Assembly (NCBI GenBank): GCA_963744995.1
Contig: CAVUWA010000010.1
Span: forward strand, 352,001 to 416,000
Source of the DNA: Candidatus Eiseniibacteriota bacterium
GTDB taxonomy: Bacteria; Eisenbacteria; RBG-16-71-46
Reading direction: 5' to 3'
DNA: 64,000 nucleotides
The notes under the pieces are model-generated. The model was given only the letters and a program-made list of their open reading frames with translations. It was not told the origin of the DNA and searched no databases. Positions 20,432 through 32,228 of the stretch are shown here, in pieces (within the stretch, counting starts at the first letter, position 1; every line of letters starts with the position of its first letter). The position numbers and the translations under genes are program-made.

Positions 20432-20989
20432 ATGACCTCGCAGCTATCGAACGCCTCCCCCGCGGACCGCGCCGAGCCGCCGGCGCTCGTGGGCGTGAAC
20501 GCGCGCAGCCGCCGCATGCGCGCGCCGCTGCTGGTGACCCTGTGGACGCTGCTCGCCTTCGAGGCGGCCGGCGGCCTGACCATTTTCGTCGCGCGGCTCG
20601 CCGTGGGGTCGACGCCGGGCGAGACGCTGCACGTGATCGGCGGCCTGCTCCTCATGCTGGTCTACGCGATCTATCAGTGGCAGCACTGGAACCGGGTCGC
20701 GCCGGTGCGGCGGCGGCTCGACTACGGCATCGGTTTGCTCGCCGCCGGGGCGATGATCTTCGTGAACGTGACCGGCGTCATGCTGGGCCTCGCGTGGTGG
20801 CGCGATCGCGTGGCGGTGCCCACGGCGGGCGCCGTCTCGTACACCCCGATCGTCTCGGCCGCCCACAATATCGCCTGCATGCTGGTGCTCACGTTCGCCG
20901 GCGCGCACCTCGGCGCCGTGCTGTTCCGTGATCAGAAGCTCCGTGCCTCGCGCGCCGCCCGCCAGAGCCGCCCCGGCACACCTCCCTGA
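20432..20989 (+). CDS. Four-TM membrane protein with cytochrome-b-like His pairs
   Basis: LHVIGG...WQHW (H-x17-H) and AHNIA...GAHL (H-x13-H) in TM helices. Confidence 0.65.
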   Translation: MTSQLSNASPADRAEPPALVGVNARSRRMRAPLLVTLWTLLAFEAAGGLTIFVARLAVGSTPGETLHVIGGLLLMLVYAIYQWQHWNRVAPVRRRLDYGIGLLAAGAMIFVNVTGVMLGLAWWRDRVAVPTAGAVSYTPIVSAAHNIACMLVLTFAGAHLGAVLFRDQKLRASRAARQSRPGTPP

Positions 20990-21023
20990 CCCGTTCCGCC
21001 GCGCCGCGGCAGAGGTCGACGTC

Positions 21024-21674
21024 ATGTCCGAAGAATCCAGCAAGGTGTCTTCCGCGCATTTTCGTTACATCGCCGGGCACACGCGCCGCGAGGACACCTT
21101 TCTCGCGGAGCTCAAGCGGGCCGCTGCCGCCGCCGGAATTCCGCCGATCTGGATCGCCGCCGAGCAGGCCAGCTTCATGCAGATCCTGCTCTCGGCCGCG
21201 CGGGCACGGGAGGTGATCGAGGTCGGCACGCTGGCCGGCTATTCGGCGATCGTCATGGCACGGGCCCTTCCGGAAGGCGGCCGCGTGCGCACGATCGAGA
21301 TCTCGGAGAAGCATGCCGCGTTCGCTCGCGAGTGGGCGGCCAGGTCCGACGTCGCCGGCAAGGTGGAGGTGCACGTGGGCAGCGGCATGGACGTGCTGCC
21401 CTCCTTCGAGTCGGATTCCGCCGACGCCGCGTTCCTCGACGCCGACAAGAAGAGCTATCCCATGTACCTCGAAGAGGCCGTGCGGATCGTGCGCCCCGGC
21501 GGACTGATCCTCGTGGACAACGCGCTCGCGTTCGGCCAGCTGCTGGATTCGAACCCGACCGATCGCGAAGTGCCCGCGGTGCGCGCGTTCAACGATCTCA
21601 TGGCGGCGCGCGAGGATCTGCAGAGCGTGATCGTGCCGCTGGGCGACGGCCTGTGGGTGGGCGTCAGACGCTGA
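21024..21674 (+). CDS. SAM-dependent O-methyltransferase (CCoAOMT/Methyltransf_3 family)
   Basis: IEVGTLAGYS, FLDADK..Y, GGLILVDN, LGDGL; start MSEESS. Confidence 0.92.
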   Translation: MSEESSKVSSAHFRYIAGHTRREDTFLAELKRAAAAAGIPPIWIAAEQASFMQILLSAARAREVIEVGTLAGYSAIVMARALPEGGRVRTIEISEKHAAFAREWAARSDVAGKVEVHVGSGMDVLPSFESDSADAAFLDADKKSYPMYLEEAVRIVRPGGLILVDNALAFGQLLDSNPTDREVPAVRAFNDLMAAREDLQSVIVPLGDGLWVGVRR

Positions 21675-21717
21675 ATCGGCGGATGCGGGCGCGGGGGCGC
21701 GGAGCCCCCGTGCCGCT

Positions 21718-22221
21718 TCAGTGCGCGCGGAACAGCGCGCTGATCCAGCCGGCGATCGGGTTCGCGGCGAGCAGCGTCCCGGCGAGGATCAGCCCCGCGC
21801 TCACCATCATCCAGCCGGAGCGCGGATGCGCGGAAGAGCAGATCCCCGCGCGGCGGCCGTCCGCGGTCCCCATCAGGAGGATGAACCAGGGAAACAGCCA
21901 GACGGTCAGATGCATGTCGTCCAGCCACGCCGCCGGGCTGTCCGCGAGCGGCACGCTCAGCAGCAGCGCGCCCGTCATCACTCCGGCCGTCGTCCACAGC
22001 GCCCACCGCGGATAGCCGCTCGTGCGCCGCACCAGCCGGGCCATGCCGATCGTGCCCGCGGCGCCGACCAACGCGACGCCGTAGACGAGCGTCATGGTCA
22101 GCGGGCCGATCTTCCTCATCAGCACCGTCACGACGACCACACCGAGCAGCAGCAGCGCACCGGTGCGTGCGGCATGCCGGCGCGCGGCGGGGTCGAGGGC
22201 GTCGTGGGTCGTGGCGTTCAT
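21718..22221 (-). CDS. Hypothetical membrane protein
   Basis: 167 aa, about 5 TM segments; GAGAGGAG RBS; last gene of the XRE operon. Confidence 0.7.
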   Translation of the reverse strand: MNATTHDALDPAARRHAARTGALLLLGVVVVTVLMRKIGPLTMTLVYGVALVGAAGTIGMARLVRRTSGYPRWALWTTAGVMTGALLLSVPLADSPAAWLDDMHLTVWLFPWFILLMGTADGRRAGICSSAHPRSGWMMVSAGLILAGTLLAANPIAGWISALFRAH

Positions 22222-22255
22222 GGGGCTCTCCTCTCTCGCGGCGGACGCCGCGAAC

Positions 22256-22456
22256 TCACGCTTCTCCGCCGGGATCGAAGAGGTCTTCGATGCGCTGCTC
22301 GAACAACCGCGCGATGCGGAAGGCGAGCGGCAGGCTGGGGTCGTACTTGCCGGTCTCGATCGCGTTCACGGTCTGCCTCGAGACCCCGAGCCGCGTGCCG
22401 AGCTCGCCCTGCGACCAGCCGCGTTCGCTGCGCAGCACCCGCAGGCGGTTGTTCAC
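22256..22456 (-). CDS. Small XRE-family HTH transcriptional regulator (COG1476-like)
   Basis: MNNRLRVLR...SQGELG..LGVSRQTVNAIETGKYDPSLPLAFRIARLF; GTG overlaps the upstream TGA. Confidence 0.93.
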   Translation of the reverse strand: MNNRLRVLRSERGWSQGELGTRLGVSRQTVNAIETGKYDPSLPLAFRIARLFEQRIEDLFDPGGEA

Positions 22457-22851
22457 TGGTAGCGCCTTCGCATGATCAGCAGCCCGATCACCCAGAACAG
22501 CACCATCATCGCCCAGGTGTCGACGCCCCAGCGGATCTCCGGCCATCCGGCTTTCGCCATGAGGCCCCACCCGGTGATCGTGATCCCGGTGACGGCGAAT
22601 GCGAACGCGAGCGCTTCGAGCTGCATGCGATACAGCATCTCGTCGAGCCGCCTGAGCGAGTGGATCGTGAGTCCGATCGCGTAGCCCATCAGCACCGCCT
22701 CGAGGGCGCCGATGACGAGCCGGGGCGGCGTGCCGGGCTCGAGGTGCAGCCACCGGCCGAGGAGCGCGAGCACCACGATCCCGAGGGCGGCAGCGATCAC
22801 CCGCAGCAGATAGCGGCGGTCGAAGCAGGCCAGCGGGTTCCCGCCGCTCAT
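22453..22851 (-). CDS. Four-TM membrane protein associated with the XRE regulator
   Basis: RRLDEM..RMQLEALAFAF motif and RRYQ C-terminus, typical of partners of small XRE regulators. Confidence 0.75.
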   Translation of the reverse strand: MSGGNPLACFDRRYLLRVIAAALGIVVLALLGRWLHLEPGTPPRLVIGALEAVLMGYAIGLTIHSLRRLDEMLYRMQLEALAFAFAVTGITITGWGLMAKAGWPEIRWGVDTWAMMVLFWVIGLLIMRRRYQ

Positions 22852-24296
22852 CGCGCGGCCTTCGCGGCGGTCCCGAAGCGCTCGAGGATCCAGCCGCTCA
22901 CCGCCTCGAGCGCCGCCGGGTCGAAGGTCTCCTCGATGTCCGGGTATTCGGAGGGCAGCCCGGTCTTCGCCGCCTGGAACAGATGGTTGAGGCCCGGCAG
23001 CACCCGCACCCGGGCGTCGCCGCCGGGCGAGCGGGCGAGCGCGCGTGCCATCGGCGCGCGATGCAGTGCGGGCGCGACCTGAAGATCGAGACTCCCGTAG
23101 AGCGCGAGCGCCGGGCAGTCGAGCGCCGCGAGCGCCGGCTGCGGGTCGTAGCGGAGGAAGAAACGGAACCAGGGTGACGTCACCCGGCGCAGCTGGGCGT
23201 CCGCCGCGGCACTGGGGTCGCCGATCTGGCGCCGCTCGGCCTCGGGCAGGTCGTCGATCGTGGCACGGATCAGCGCGCGCACCCGCGGCAGGTCGCGTGC
23301 CGTGTCGGCCGACGCCGCGAGCGCCGCGAAGATGCGCTCCTGCTGCGCGGCCATACGCGCGACCGTCGCCGAATCCTCACCGGCGGCGCGCCGCATCCGC
23401 GCGGACTGATCGAGGATCACCGTCTCGCCGTCGACGGCCGGACCCGCGAGCAACACGACGAACGCGACATCCGGGTCGCGGTCGGCGACGATCGGCGCGA
23501 TCAGTCCGCCTTCGCTGTGCCCGATGAGTCCCACGCGCTTCGGATCGACGCCGTGCTGGCCCCGCAGCCACGCGACGCAGGCGCCGGCGTCGCGGGCGAA
23601 GTCGTCGCTCGTCGCGCCGGCGAAGGAGCCTGTGGAACCGCCCACGCCGCGGTCGTCCACGCGCAGCACGGCGATCCCCTTCCGCGTCAGATGGTCGGCC
23701 AGCACCAGGAACGGCCGGTGGCCGAAGACCTCCTCGTTGCGATCCTGCGGACCCGACCCCGACACCAGCAGGGCGGCCGCGTGCGGCCCGCCGCCCCGGG
23801 GCATGGTGAGCGTGCCGGCGAGCCGGATGCCCCCGCCCGCGTCGACCGTCACCTCGCGCGCCTCGTACGGCAGCGGGCCATGCGGTTCCTGCGGCCGCGG
23901 CGGGGCCGTGGCACTGCCGTGCCCCATCGCGAGCGGCAGCCGGACGCCGTTCTGCCGCCACTCGCCTGCGAGCGAGTCCGGCGCGATCCGCAGCGCGACG
24001 TAGACGCCGCGCACGGCCGGCACCTCCACCGTGAGCGAGTCGCCGCGGGTGACGACGGCGCCGAGGGGAATGTCCTTCGCGCCCTGATCGGGACTGTCGA
24101 GCGTGCCGGTGAGGGCGCCATCGGCGCCCGGATGAAGATGCAGGACGAGGCGCAGACCCGGGCCGATCCGGCCGAGCCAGTCGCCGGCGAACGGGGTCTC
24201 GGCGGCCGCCCCCGGGAGCGGCGCGAGCACCGCGGCCGTCGCGCAGCAGAGCAGCACCCGGGCGCCGGTGATCGCGAGCGAGCGAAGCGGTTGCAT
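22848..24296 (-). CDS. Secreted alpha/beta hydrolase (esterase/peptidase)
   Basis: Signal peptide; LDSPDQGA N-domain; GSGPQDRNE, DDRGVGGSTG, GHSEGG nucleophile, D(LQV), NHLFQ. Confidence 0.9.
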   Translation of the reverse strand: MQPLRSLAITGARVLLCCATAAVLAPLPGAAAETPFAGDWLGRIGPGLRLVLHLHPGADGALTGTLDSPDQGAKDIPLGAVVTRGDSLTVEVPAVRGVYVALRIAPDSLAGEWRQNGVRLPLAMGHGSATAPPRPQEPHGPLPYEAREVTVDAGGGIRLAGTLTMPRGGGPHAAALLVSGSGPQDRNEEVFGHRPFLVLADHLTRKGIAVLRVDDRGVGGSTGSFAGATSDDFARDAGACVAWLRGQHGVDPKRVGLIGHSEGGLIAPIVADRDPDVAFVVLLAGPAVDGETVILDQSARMRRAAGEDSATVARMAAQQERIFAALAASADTARDLPRVRALIRATIDDLPEAERRQIGDPSAAADAQLRRVTSPWFRFFLRYDPQPALAALDCPALALYGSLDLQVAPALHRAPMARALARSPGGDARVRVLPGLNHLFQAAKTGLPSEYPDIEETFDPAALEAVSGWILERFGTAAKAAR

Positions 24297-24346
24297 TCGA
24301 GTCTCCAGGAATTCGCCGGCCGCACGCACTGCGGGGCGACGCGGGC

Positions 24347-24387
24347 AATGTAAAACACGCTTTACAGATTGTCAAGGTCGCTTGACA
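24347..24387 (-). promoter_or_regulatory. Sigma70 promoter overlapped by two 18-bp palindromic operators
   Basis: Minus strand TTGACA-N17-TACATT (24375-24347); palindromes TGTAAAA-CACG-CTTTACA (24349-24366) and TGTCAAG-GTCG-CTTGACA (24370-24387). Confidence 0.8.
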
Positions 24388-24396
24388 TGGGTGGGT

Positions 24397-24430
24397 GCGA
24401 AGAAGGCGCCCGACCGGGGCGCCTCTTCGC
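24397..24430 (-). terminator. Hairpin after the S9 peptidase
   Basis: GCGAAGAAGGCGCCC...GGGCGCCTCTTCGC immediately after the stop codon. Confidence 0.5.
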
Positions 24431-26443
24431 TCAGGCGCGCGTCAGGTACCGCTCGAGCCAGCCCCGGACCTCGCCGTACCAGAACATCGAGTTCCGCGGC
24501 TTGAGAATCCAGTGGTTCTCGTCGGGGAAATGGACCAGCCGTGCAGGGATGCCCTTCGCCTTGAGCACCCCGTAGCACTCGAGCCCCTGGGTGACGGGCA
24601 CGCGGTAGTCCTTCTCGCCGTGCAGCACCAGCATGGGCGTCCTGAAGCCCGCGGCGGTGCGCGCCGGGTTGTAGCGATCGATGCCCTCGAGGCCGTCCCA
24701 TGGCTCGCCGCCCATCGAGCGCGCGCGGCCCTGCGTGACGTCGCTCGCATACTGCGAGAGCAGGTTGTAGACGCCGGCGTGATTGACGATGCAGGCGAAG
24801 CGGTCGGTGTTCCCTTCGATCCACGACGCCATGTAGCCGCCGTAGGAGCCGCCCGCCGCGGCCATCCTCTGCTCGTCCACCCAGCCGGTCGCCACCATGA
24901 CGTCGGTCGCCTTCATCACGTCACGGTAAGGCAGGTCGCCCCAGCCGCCCTGAATGCGCTTCGCGAAGTCCTGTCCCCAGCCGGTCGAGCCCTGGAAGTT
25001 CGGCATCGCCAGGATGTAGCCCGGCGCGGCGAAGGCATGGCCGTTCCAGCGGAAGTGAAACGCGTCCGCGCTCGCGCCGTGCGGGCCGCCGTGCACCATC
25101 ATCACCAGCGGATAACGCGTGCCTTCCTTGAAGCCGGGCGGCAGCACCACGAACATCTGCACCTGCTCGCCTTCCGCGCCTGCGAAGTACATCTCGCGCA
25201 CCTCGCCGGTCGCGAACGCGCTCATCGTCTCCTCGGTGAAACGCGTGACGCGGCGCACGCCCCTGCCGTCGGCGCCCGCAACGTGCACCTCCGGCGCCGC
25301 GCTCAGGTGCTGCAGCTGGAAGAACAGGGTCCCGTTCCGCGCCGCCCGCACGCCGCCGATCGTGCCGCCCTCGACGATGCGTTCGGGGGCGCCTGCACCC
25401 GCCCAGCGGAAGATCGACGTGCGGCCACGGTCCTCGGCATCGAGGAACAGTGCGCCGTCCGCGCCGAACACCCAGTGTGCGGGGGAAAGGTCCCAGTCGG
25501 TGACGAGTTCGCGGTGGGCCTTCGTGGCGCGGTCGTACGCCATCACCCGCACGCGATCGGCGTAGAAGAACGGGTCGTGCTGCATGCCGTAGACGATGGT
25601 CCTGCCGTCCGGCGCATAGCGCGGCGTGTGGTCGTCCGACGGATGGTCGGGGGTGAGGCACGTGGCGGCGCCGCCGGCGAACGGCACCGTGAACAGCGCC
25701 GAGCGCATCAGGTCCCGCTTCGCGCGATCGAGGAAGATACCGCCGTAGACGATCTCACCGCCGTCCGGCGCGATGTCGTAGTTCCCGGTCGGGTCGTTCC
25801 AGTCGAACCACACGGTGGATTCCGGGGTGAGATCGCGCAGGCTGCGCGTGGCGAGATCGATCGTGAACAGATGCGGCACCTCGCCGGTCGTGAGCCAGGT
25901 GTCCCAGTAGCGATAGACGCGTTCCTCGGTGACGTGCGCCTTGACCGGGTCCTGGTCGCGGCGCTCGAGCTCCGCGGCCGTGGCCTCGGGCGTGAGGTGG
26001 TCCACGATGAGCATCCCCGCGAACACCAGTCCCGATCCGTCGGGCAGCCACTTCGGATCGAACGCGCCGAGCGGCAGATCCGTGAGTTTCTCGGCCTCGC
26101 CGCCGTCGAGCGGCATCACGTGCACCTGCGCCTTGCCCCTCGCGTCCTTGCGCGTGAAGGTGACGTGCCGGCCGTCCGGCGAGATCGCGGGCGAGCCGCT
26201 CGACGCATCGGCAGAGGTCAGCGGGCGCGCCGCACCGCTCTCCGCGTCCACGCGCCAGAGCCGGCCACGGCCTTCGTTGGTCTCGAGGTCGTACGTGGTC
26301 ACGGCCACGATCAGCGAGGCGCCGTCGGGCGCGACCTCGGGCGCGCCGACGCGCGGAATCGTCCACAGGTCCTCTGCGGTCATCCGGCGCGGCGCGCTGC
26401 GTTCGGGATGGAGCGAAACGACGTTCGAAGCGGTGACGGGCAT
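24431..26443 (-). CDS. S9 family prolyl oligopeptidase / acylaminoacyl peptidase
   Basis: PD40-like beta-propeller repeats (SPDG, APDG); HGGP; GGSYGG nucleophile; DYRV; ENHW. Confidence 0.93.
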   Translation of the reverse strand: MPVTASNVVSLHPERSAPRRMTAEDLWTIPRVGAPEVAPDGASLIVAVTTYDLETNEGRGRLWRVDAESGAARPLTSADASSGSPAISPDGRHVTFTRKDARGKAQVHVMPLDGGEAEKLTDLPLGAFDPKWLPDGSGLVFAGMLIVDHLTPEATAAELERRDQDPVKAHVTEERVYRYWDTWLTTGEVPHLFTIDLATRSLRDLTPESTVWFDWNDPTGNYDIAPDGGEIVYGGIFLDRAKRDLMRSALFTVPFAGGAATCLTPDHPSDDHTPRYAPDGRTIVYGMQHDPFFYADRVRVMAYDRATKAHRELVTDWDLSPAHWVFGADGALFLDAEDRGRTSIFRWAGAGAPERIVEGGTIGGVRAARNGTLFFQLQHLSAAPEVHVAGADGRGVRRVTRFTEETMSAFATGEVREMYFAGAEGEQVQMFVVLPPGFKEGTRYPLVMMVHGGPHGASADAFHFRWNGHAFAAPGYILAMPNFQGSTGWGQDFAKRIQGGWGDLPYRDVMKATDVMVATGWVDEQRMAAAGGSYGGYMASWIEGNTDRFACIVNHAGVYNLLSQYASDVTQGRARSMGGEPWDGLEGIDRYNPARTAAGFRTPMLVLHGEKDYRVPVTQGLECYGVLKAKGIPARLVHFPDENHWILKPRNSMFWYGEVRGWLERYLTRA

Positions 26444-26695
26444 GGAGGCCTCCGGGAGAAGACAGGGATTGCGCCGCAGTTTAGCGCAATCGCGGTGCAG
26501 GCGGACGCCGGGGCGTGGCCGGCCCCGGGGCGGCGCGCCCGGCGGAATCGCCCGCACCGGCAGGCGCGCCCCCGAATCGAACTCCAACGGGGCCGGAAGG
26601 CCGCGCAGGCGGACCGCGCCGCGCGCCCGGGGCGCCCTGCGCCGCCCCGCCCCGGTCTGCTATCTTCGCGTTCAAACCCCGTGAGAGGAACCCTG

Positions 26696-29440
<2,745 letters not shown>

Positions 29441-29490
29441 GTTCCCGCCGAACGTGCGTCGCACGGCCTCCCGGCCCCGCCGGGGGGCCG

Positions 29491-29519
29491 TTCGCAGGAT
29501 GGGGCCGGTGACGTAGAAT
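29491..29519 (+). promoter_or_regulatory. Sigma70 promoter, probably leaderless
   Basis: TTCGCA-N17-TAGAAT-N7-ATG(29527); no SD sequence. Confidence 0.6.
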
Positions 29520-29526
29520 CCGCGCC

Positions 29527-31176
29527 ATGCCGACGCCCAGCGACACCCTGAGGAGCGGACAGGCGGCGCTCGCCCGCGGCGCATGGGATGACGCCCGCAT
29601 CGCGTTCGAGGCGGCCCTCGCCGCGCGCGAATCCGCAGAGGCGCGCGAGGGGCTCGGCTGGGCGCGATGGTGGCTCGACGATCCGCACGGGTCGTTCGCC
29701 GCACGCGAGGAAGCCTACCGGCGGTACCTCGCCGAAGCGCGGCCATGCGACGCGGCGCGCATCGCCACGTCGCTGGCCGTGGACATCTACGACTATCAGG
29801 GAAGCGCCGTGGCCGCCGGGTGGCTCGAGCGTGCGCGCCGCCACCTCGAAGGCCAGCCGCGCTCGGCCGAGCACGGCTGGCTGGCGCTCTGGGACGGCCA
29901 CTTCGCGCGCTTCACCCGCAGCGATGTCGAAGGTTCGCGCCGCAGGGGACGCGAGGCCCTCGAGATCGCGCGCGAACTCGGCCTGCGCGACCTCGAGATG
30001 CTCGCCATCGGCCTCGAAGGGCACGCGCTCGTGAGCGAGGGCCAGGTCGAGGAAGGCATGCGCCGCCTCGACGAGGCGATCGCCGCCGCGATCGCCGGCG
30101 AGATCACCGACCTCGGTGCGGCCGGCGCCGCGTGCTGCTTCCTGATGCACGCGTGCGAGCAGGTGCGCGACTACGACCGCGCCACCCAGTGGGCCGATCG
30201 GGTCGCCGAGTTCAGCCGGCGCTGGAGCATCCGCCCGCTGTTCGCGATCTGCCGCGTGCACTACGCCGCGGTGCTGACCGGACGCGGGGAGTGGACGGCG
30301 GCCGAGACCGAGTTCGACCGCTCGCTGGCCGAGCTCGGCCCCGCGCGCGGCCCGGCGCGCAGTGAAGCCGTGCTGTTCCTCGGCGAGCTGCGCCGGCGCC
30401 AGGGCCGGTTCGACGAGGCGCTCGCCCTGTTCGACGAGGTGGAGAGCATGTCGCTCGCGCTCTACGGACGCGCCGCCATCGCCGTGGACCGCGGTGACGC
30501 CGCCGCCGCGGTCGCGCTGCTCGACCGCGCCCTGCGACGGGTCGCGGCCGACAACTGGACGGTGCGGAGCACGATCCTCGACCTGCTGACGCGATCGCAC
30601 ATCGCGCTCGGTCACGACGCCGAGGTCGCGAGCACGCTCGAAACGCTGCAGTCGGTCGCCGATCTGGTGCGGACGCATCACGTGCGCGGCATGGCGCGCC
30701 ACGCCGCCGGCCTCTGGATGCACGCCCGCGGCGAGCACGATGCCGCGCGGCGGGCGATCGAGGACGCCGTGGACCTGTTCCGCGAGGCGCCCGCCCCCTA
30801 CGAATCCAATCGCGCGCGCATGGACCTGGCCGAGGTGCTCGCCGCCGCCGGCCGCGCCGACGAGGCCCGGCGCGAAGCGGCGGCCGCGCGCGAGGCGTTC
30901 GAGAAGCTGGGCGCCGCGCACGACGCTGCGCACGCCGCGGCGTTCCGCGTCGCGCCGGCGACGGGCGGCGGGGCGGCCGACCCGGGCCCGATCTCCCGCC
31001 GCGAAGCCGAAGTGCTCGCCCTCGTCGCCGAGGGCCTCGCCGACCGTGAGATCGCGGCCCGCCTCCATCTCAGCGAACACACGGTGCACCGGCACGTCTC
31101 CAACATCATGTTGAAGCTCGAGGTGCCCTCGCGCGCGGCCGCCGTCGCCCAGGCCGTGCGGCGCGGCATCATCTAG
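29527..31176 (+). CDS. TPR/MalT-like LuxR-family transcriptional regulator
   Basis: Helical repeats plus C-terminal ISRREAEVLALVAEGL.DREIA.RL.LSEHTV.RHVSNI..KL LuxR HTH. Confidence 0.92.
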   Translation: MPTPSDTLRSGQAALARGAWDDARIAFEAALAARESAEAREGLGWARWWLDDPHGSFAAREEAYRRYLAEARPCDAARIATSLAVDIYDYQGSAVAAGWLERARRHLEGQPRSAEHGWLALWDGHFARFTRSDVEGSRRRGREALEIARELGLRDLEMLAIGLEGHALVSEGQVEEGMRRLDEAIAAAIAGEITDLGAAGAACCFLMHACEQVRDYDRATQWADRVAEFSRRWSIRPLFAICRVHYAAVLTGRGEWTAAETEFDRSLAELGPARGPARSEAVLFLGELRRRQGRFDEALALFDEVESMSLALYGRAAIAVDRGDAAAAVALLDRALRRVAADNWTVRSTILDLLTRSHIALGHDAEVASTLETLQSVADLVRTHHVRGMARHAAGLWMHARGEHDAARRAIEDAVDLFREAPAPYESNRARMDLAEVLAAAGRADEARREAAAAREAFEKLGAAHDAAHAAAFRVAPATGGGAADPGPISRREAEVLALVAEGLADREIAARLHLSEHTVHRHVSNIMLKLEVPSRAAAVAQAVRRGII

Positions 31177-31281
31177 CCCGCGAGCGCCGCCGCGCCGCTG
31201 GGGCGCGGGATCCTCCACTCCCGCGCCGCCGCAGGGAACTGTGCCCCGCGCCCGGGTTCCGGGCCCCCTTGCGCCGCCCGC

Positions 31282-31334
31282 TGGCCGATTCCGGCCATTC
31301 CCGCGGTGCGCCCGAATTTGGCGGATTCGGGCGA
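31282..31334. promoter_or_regulatory. Candidate operator pair downstream of the LuxR gene
   Basis: TGGCCG-ATTC-CGGCCA palindrome (31282-31297) and a 13/16-identical copy TGGCGGATTCGGGCGA (31319-31334). Confidence 0.45.
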
Positions 31335-31405
31335 AGCGGACCATGGGGCCCGGCGCCGATGATGACCCCGTTCACCGTGATCCCCCCGGACTCGAGGAGG
31401 TCGTC

Positions 31406-32182
31406 ATGCACCGGTTGCTTCGTCCCGCCGCCGCGCTCGCGCTGCTGGTCGCGCTCGCGCCTTTCCTCTCCCCGCACGCGACCCGCGCCGCGGACGACAC
31501 CTGGCAGTTCGACGGATCGCTGTCCGACGCCTGCCAGTGCGACGTGTTCTGCCCGTGCGAGTTCGCGCGCAAGCCCAGCTACGGCCATTGCGACGACACC
31601 GCGATCCTGCACGTCGATCACGGCCACTACGGCGACGTGAAGCTCGACGGCATGCACGTCGTGGTGGTTTCGCAGAGCCCCGAGGGCGAGCGACTCGTCG
31701 ACACGGTCGGGCGGCTCAACTTCGCCCACCTCTACGTGCCGGAGCAGGCCAGCGACGCGCAGGCCCACGCCCTCGCGATGCTGGCGCGTCAGGTCTTCGG
31801 GCAGTGGGTGAACGGCAAGGTCGCCCGCATCTCGCCCGAGGAATCGGTGCAGAAGGTCCCGATGGAGATCGCCATCGAACCGACGCGTCACCGGGTCCGG
31901 ATTCCCGACGTGCTCGATCTCGACATCGAGGCGCTGGTCGGCTGGGACGGCAGGAACCCGGTCAGGGTCAGCAACGGTCCGGCGGCCGGGCCCGGCGTCG
32001 GCGACATCCTGATCGCGCACTCCGCCACCTACCGGTTCCGCGATCACGGCATCGACTGGGACTACGCCGGACGCAGCGCTTCGATGCGCACGATGCACCT
32101 GTCCGGCTCGACCCGATTCGTTCCACCGGATCCGGCGCCGGCGGCCGATCCCGCGCCCCCTGCCGGACATCACCACCCCTAG
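31406..32182 (+). CDS. DUF1326-family protein with signal peptide
   Basis: GGAGG RBS; W...G...DACQCDVFCPC....PSYGHC, GHYGDVKLDG. Confidence 0.85.
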   Translation: MHRLLRPAAALALLVALAPFLSPHATRAADDTWQFDGSLSDACQCDVFCPCEFARKPSYGHCDDTAILHVDHGHYGDVKLDGMHVVVVSQSPEGERLVDTVGRLNFAHLYVPEQASDAQAHALAMLARQVFGQWVNGKVARISPEESVQKVPMEIAIEPTRHRVRIPDVLDLDIEALVGWDGRNPVRVSNGPAAGPGVGDILIAHSATYRFRDHGIDWDYAGRSASMRTMHLSGSTRFVPPDPAPAADPAPPAGHHHP

Positions 32183-32228
32183 TCGCGGCGCGCCGGTCCG
32201 GCCGACCCGCACGGAAAGGAAACCCCTC

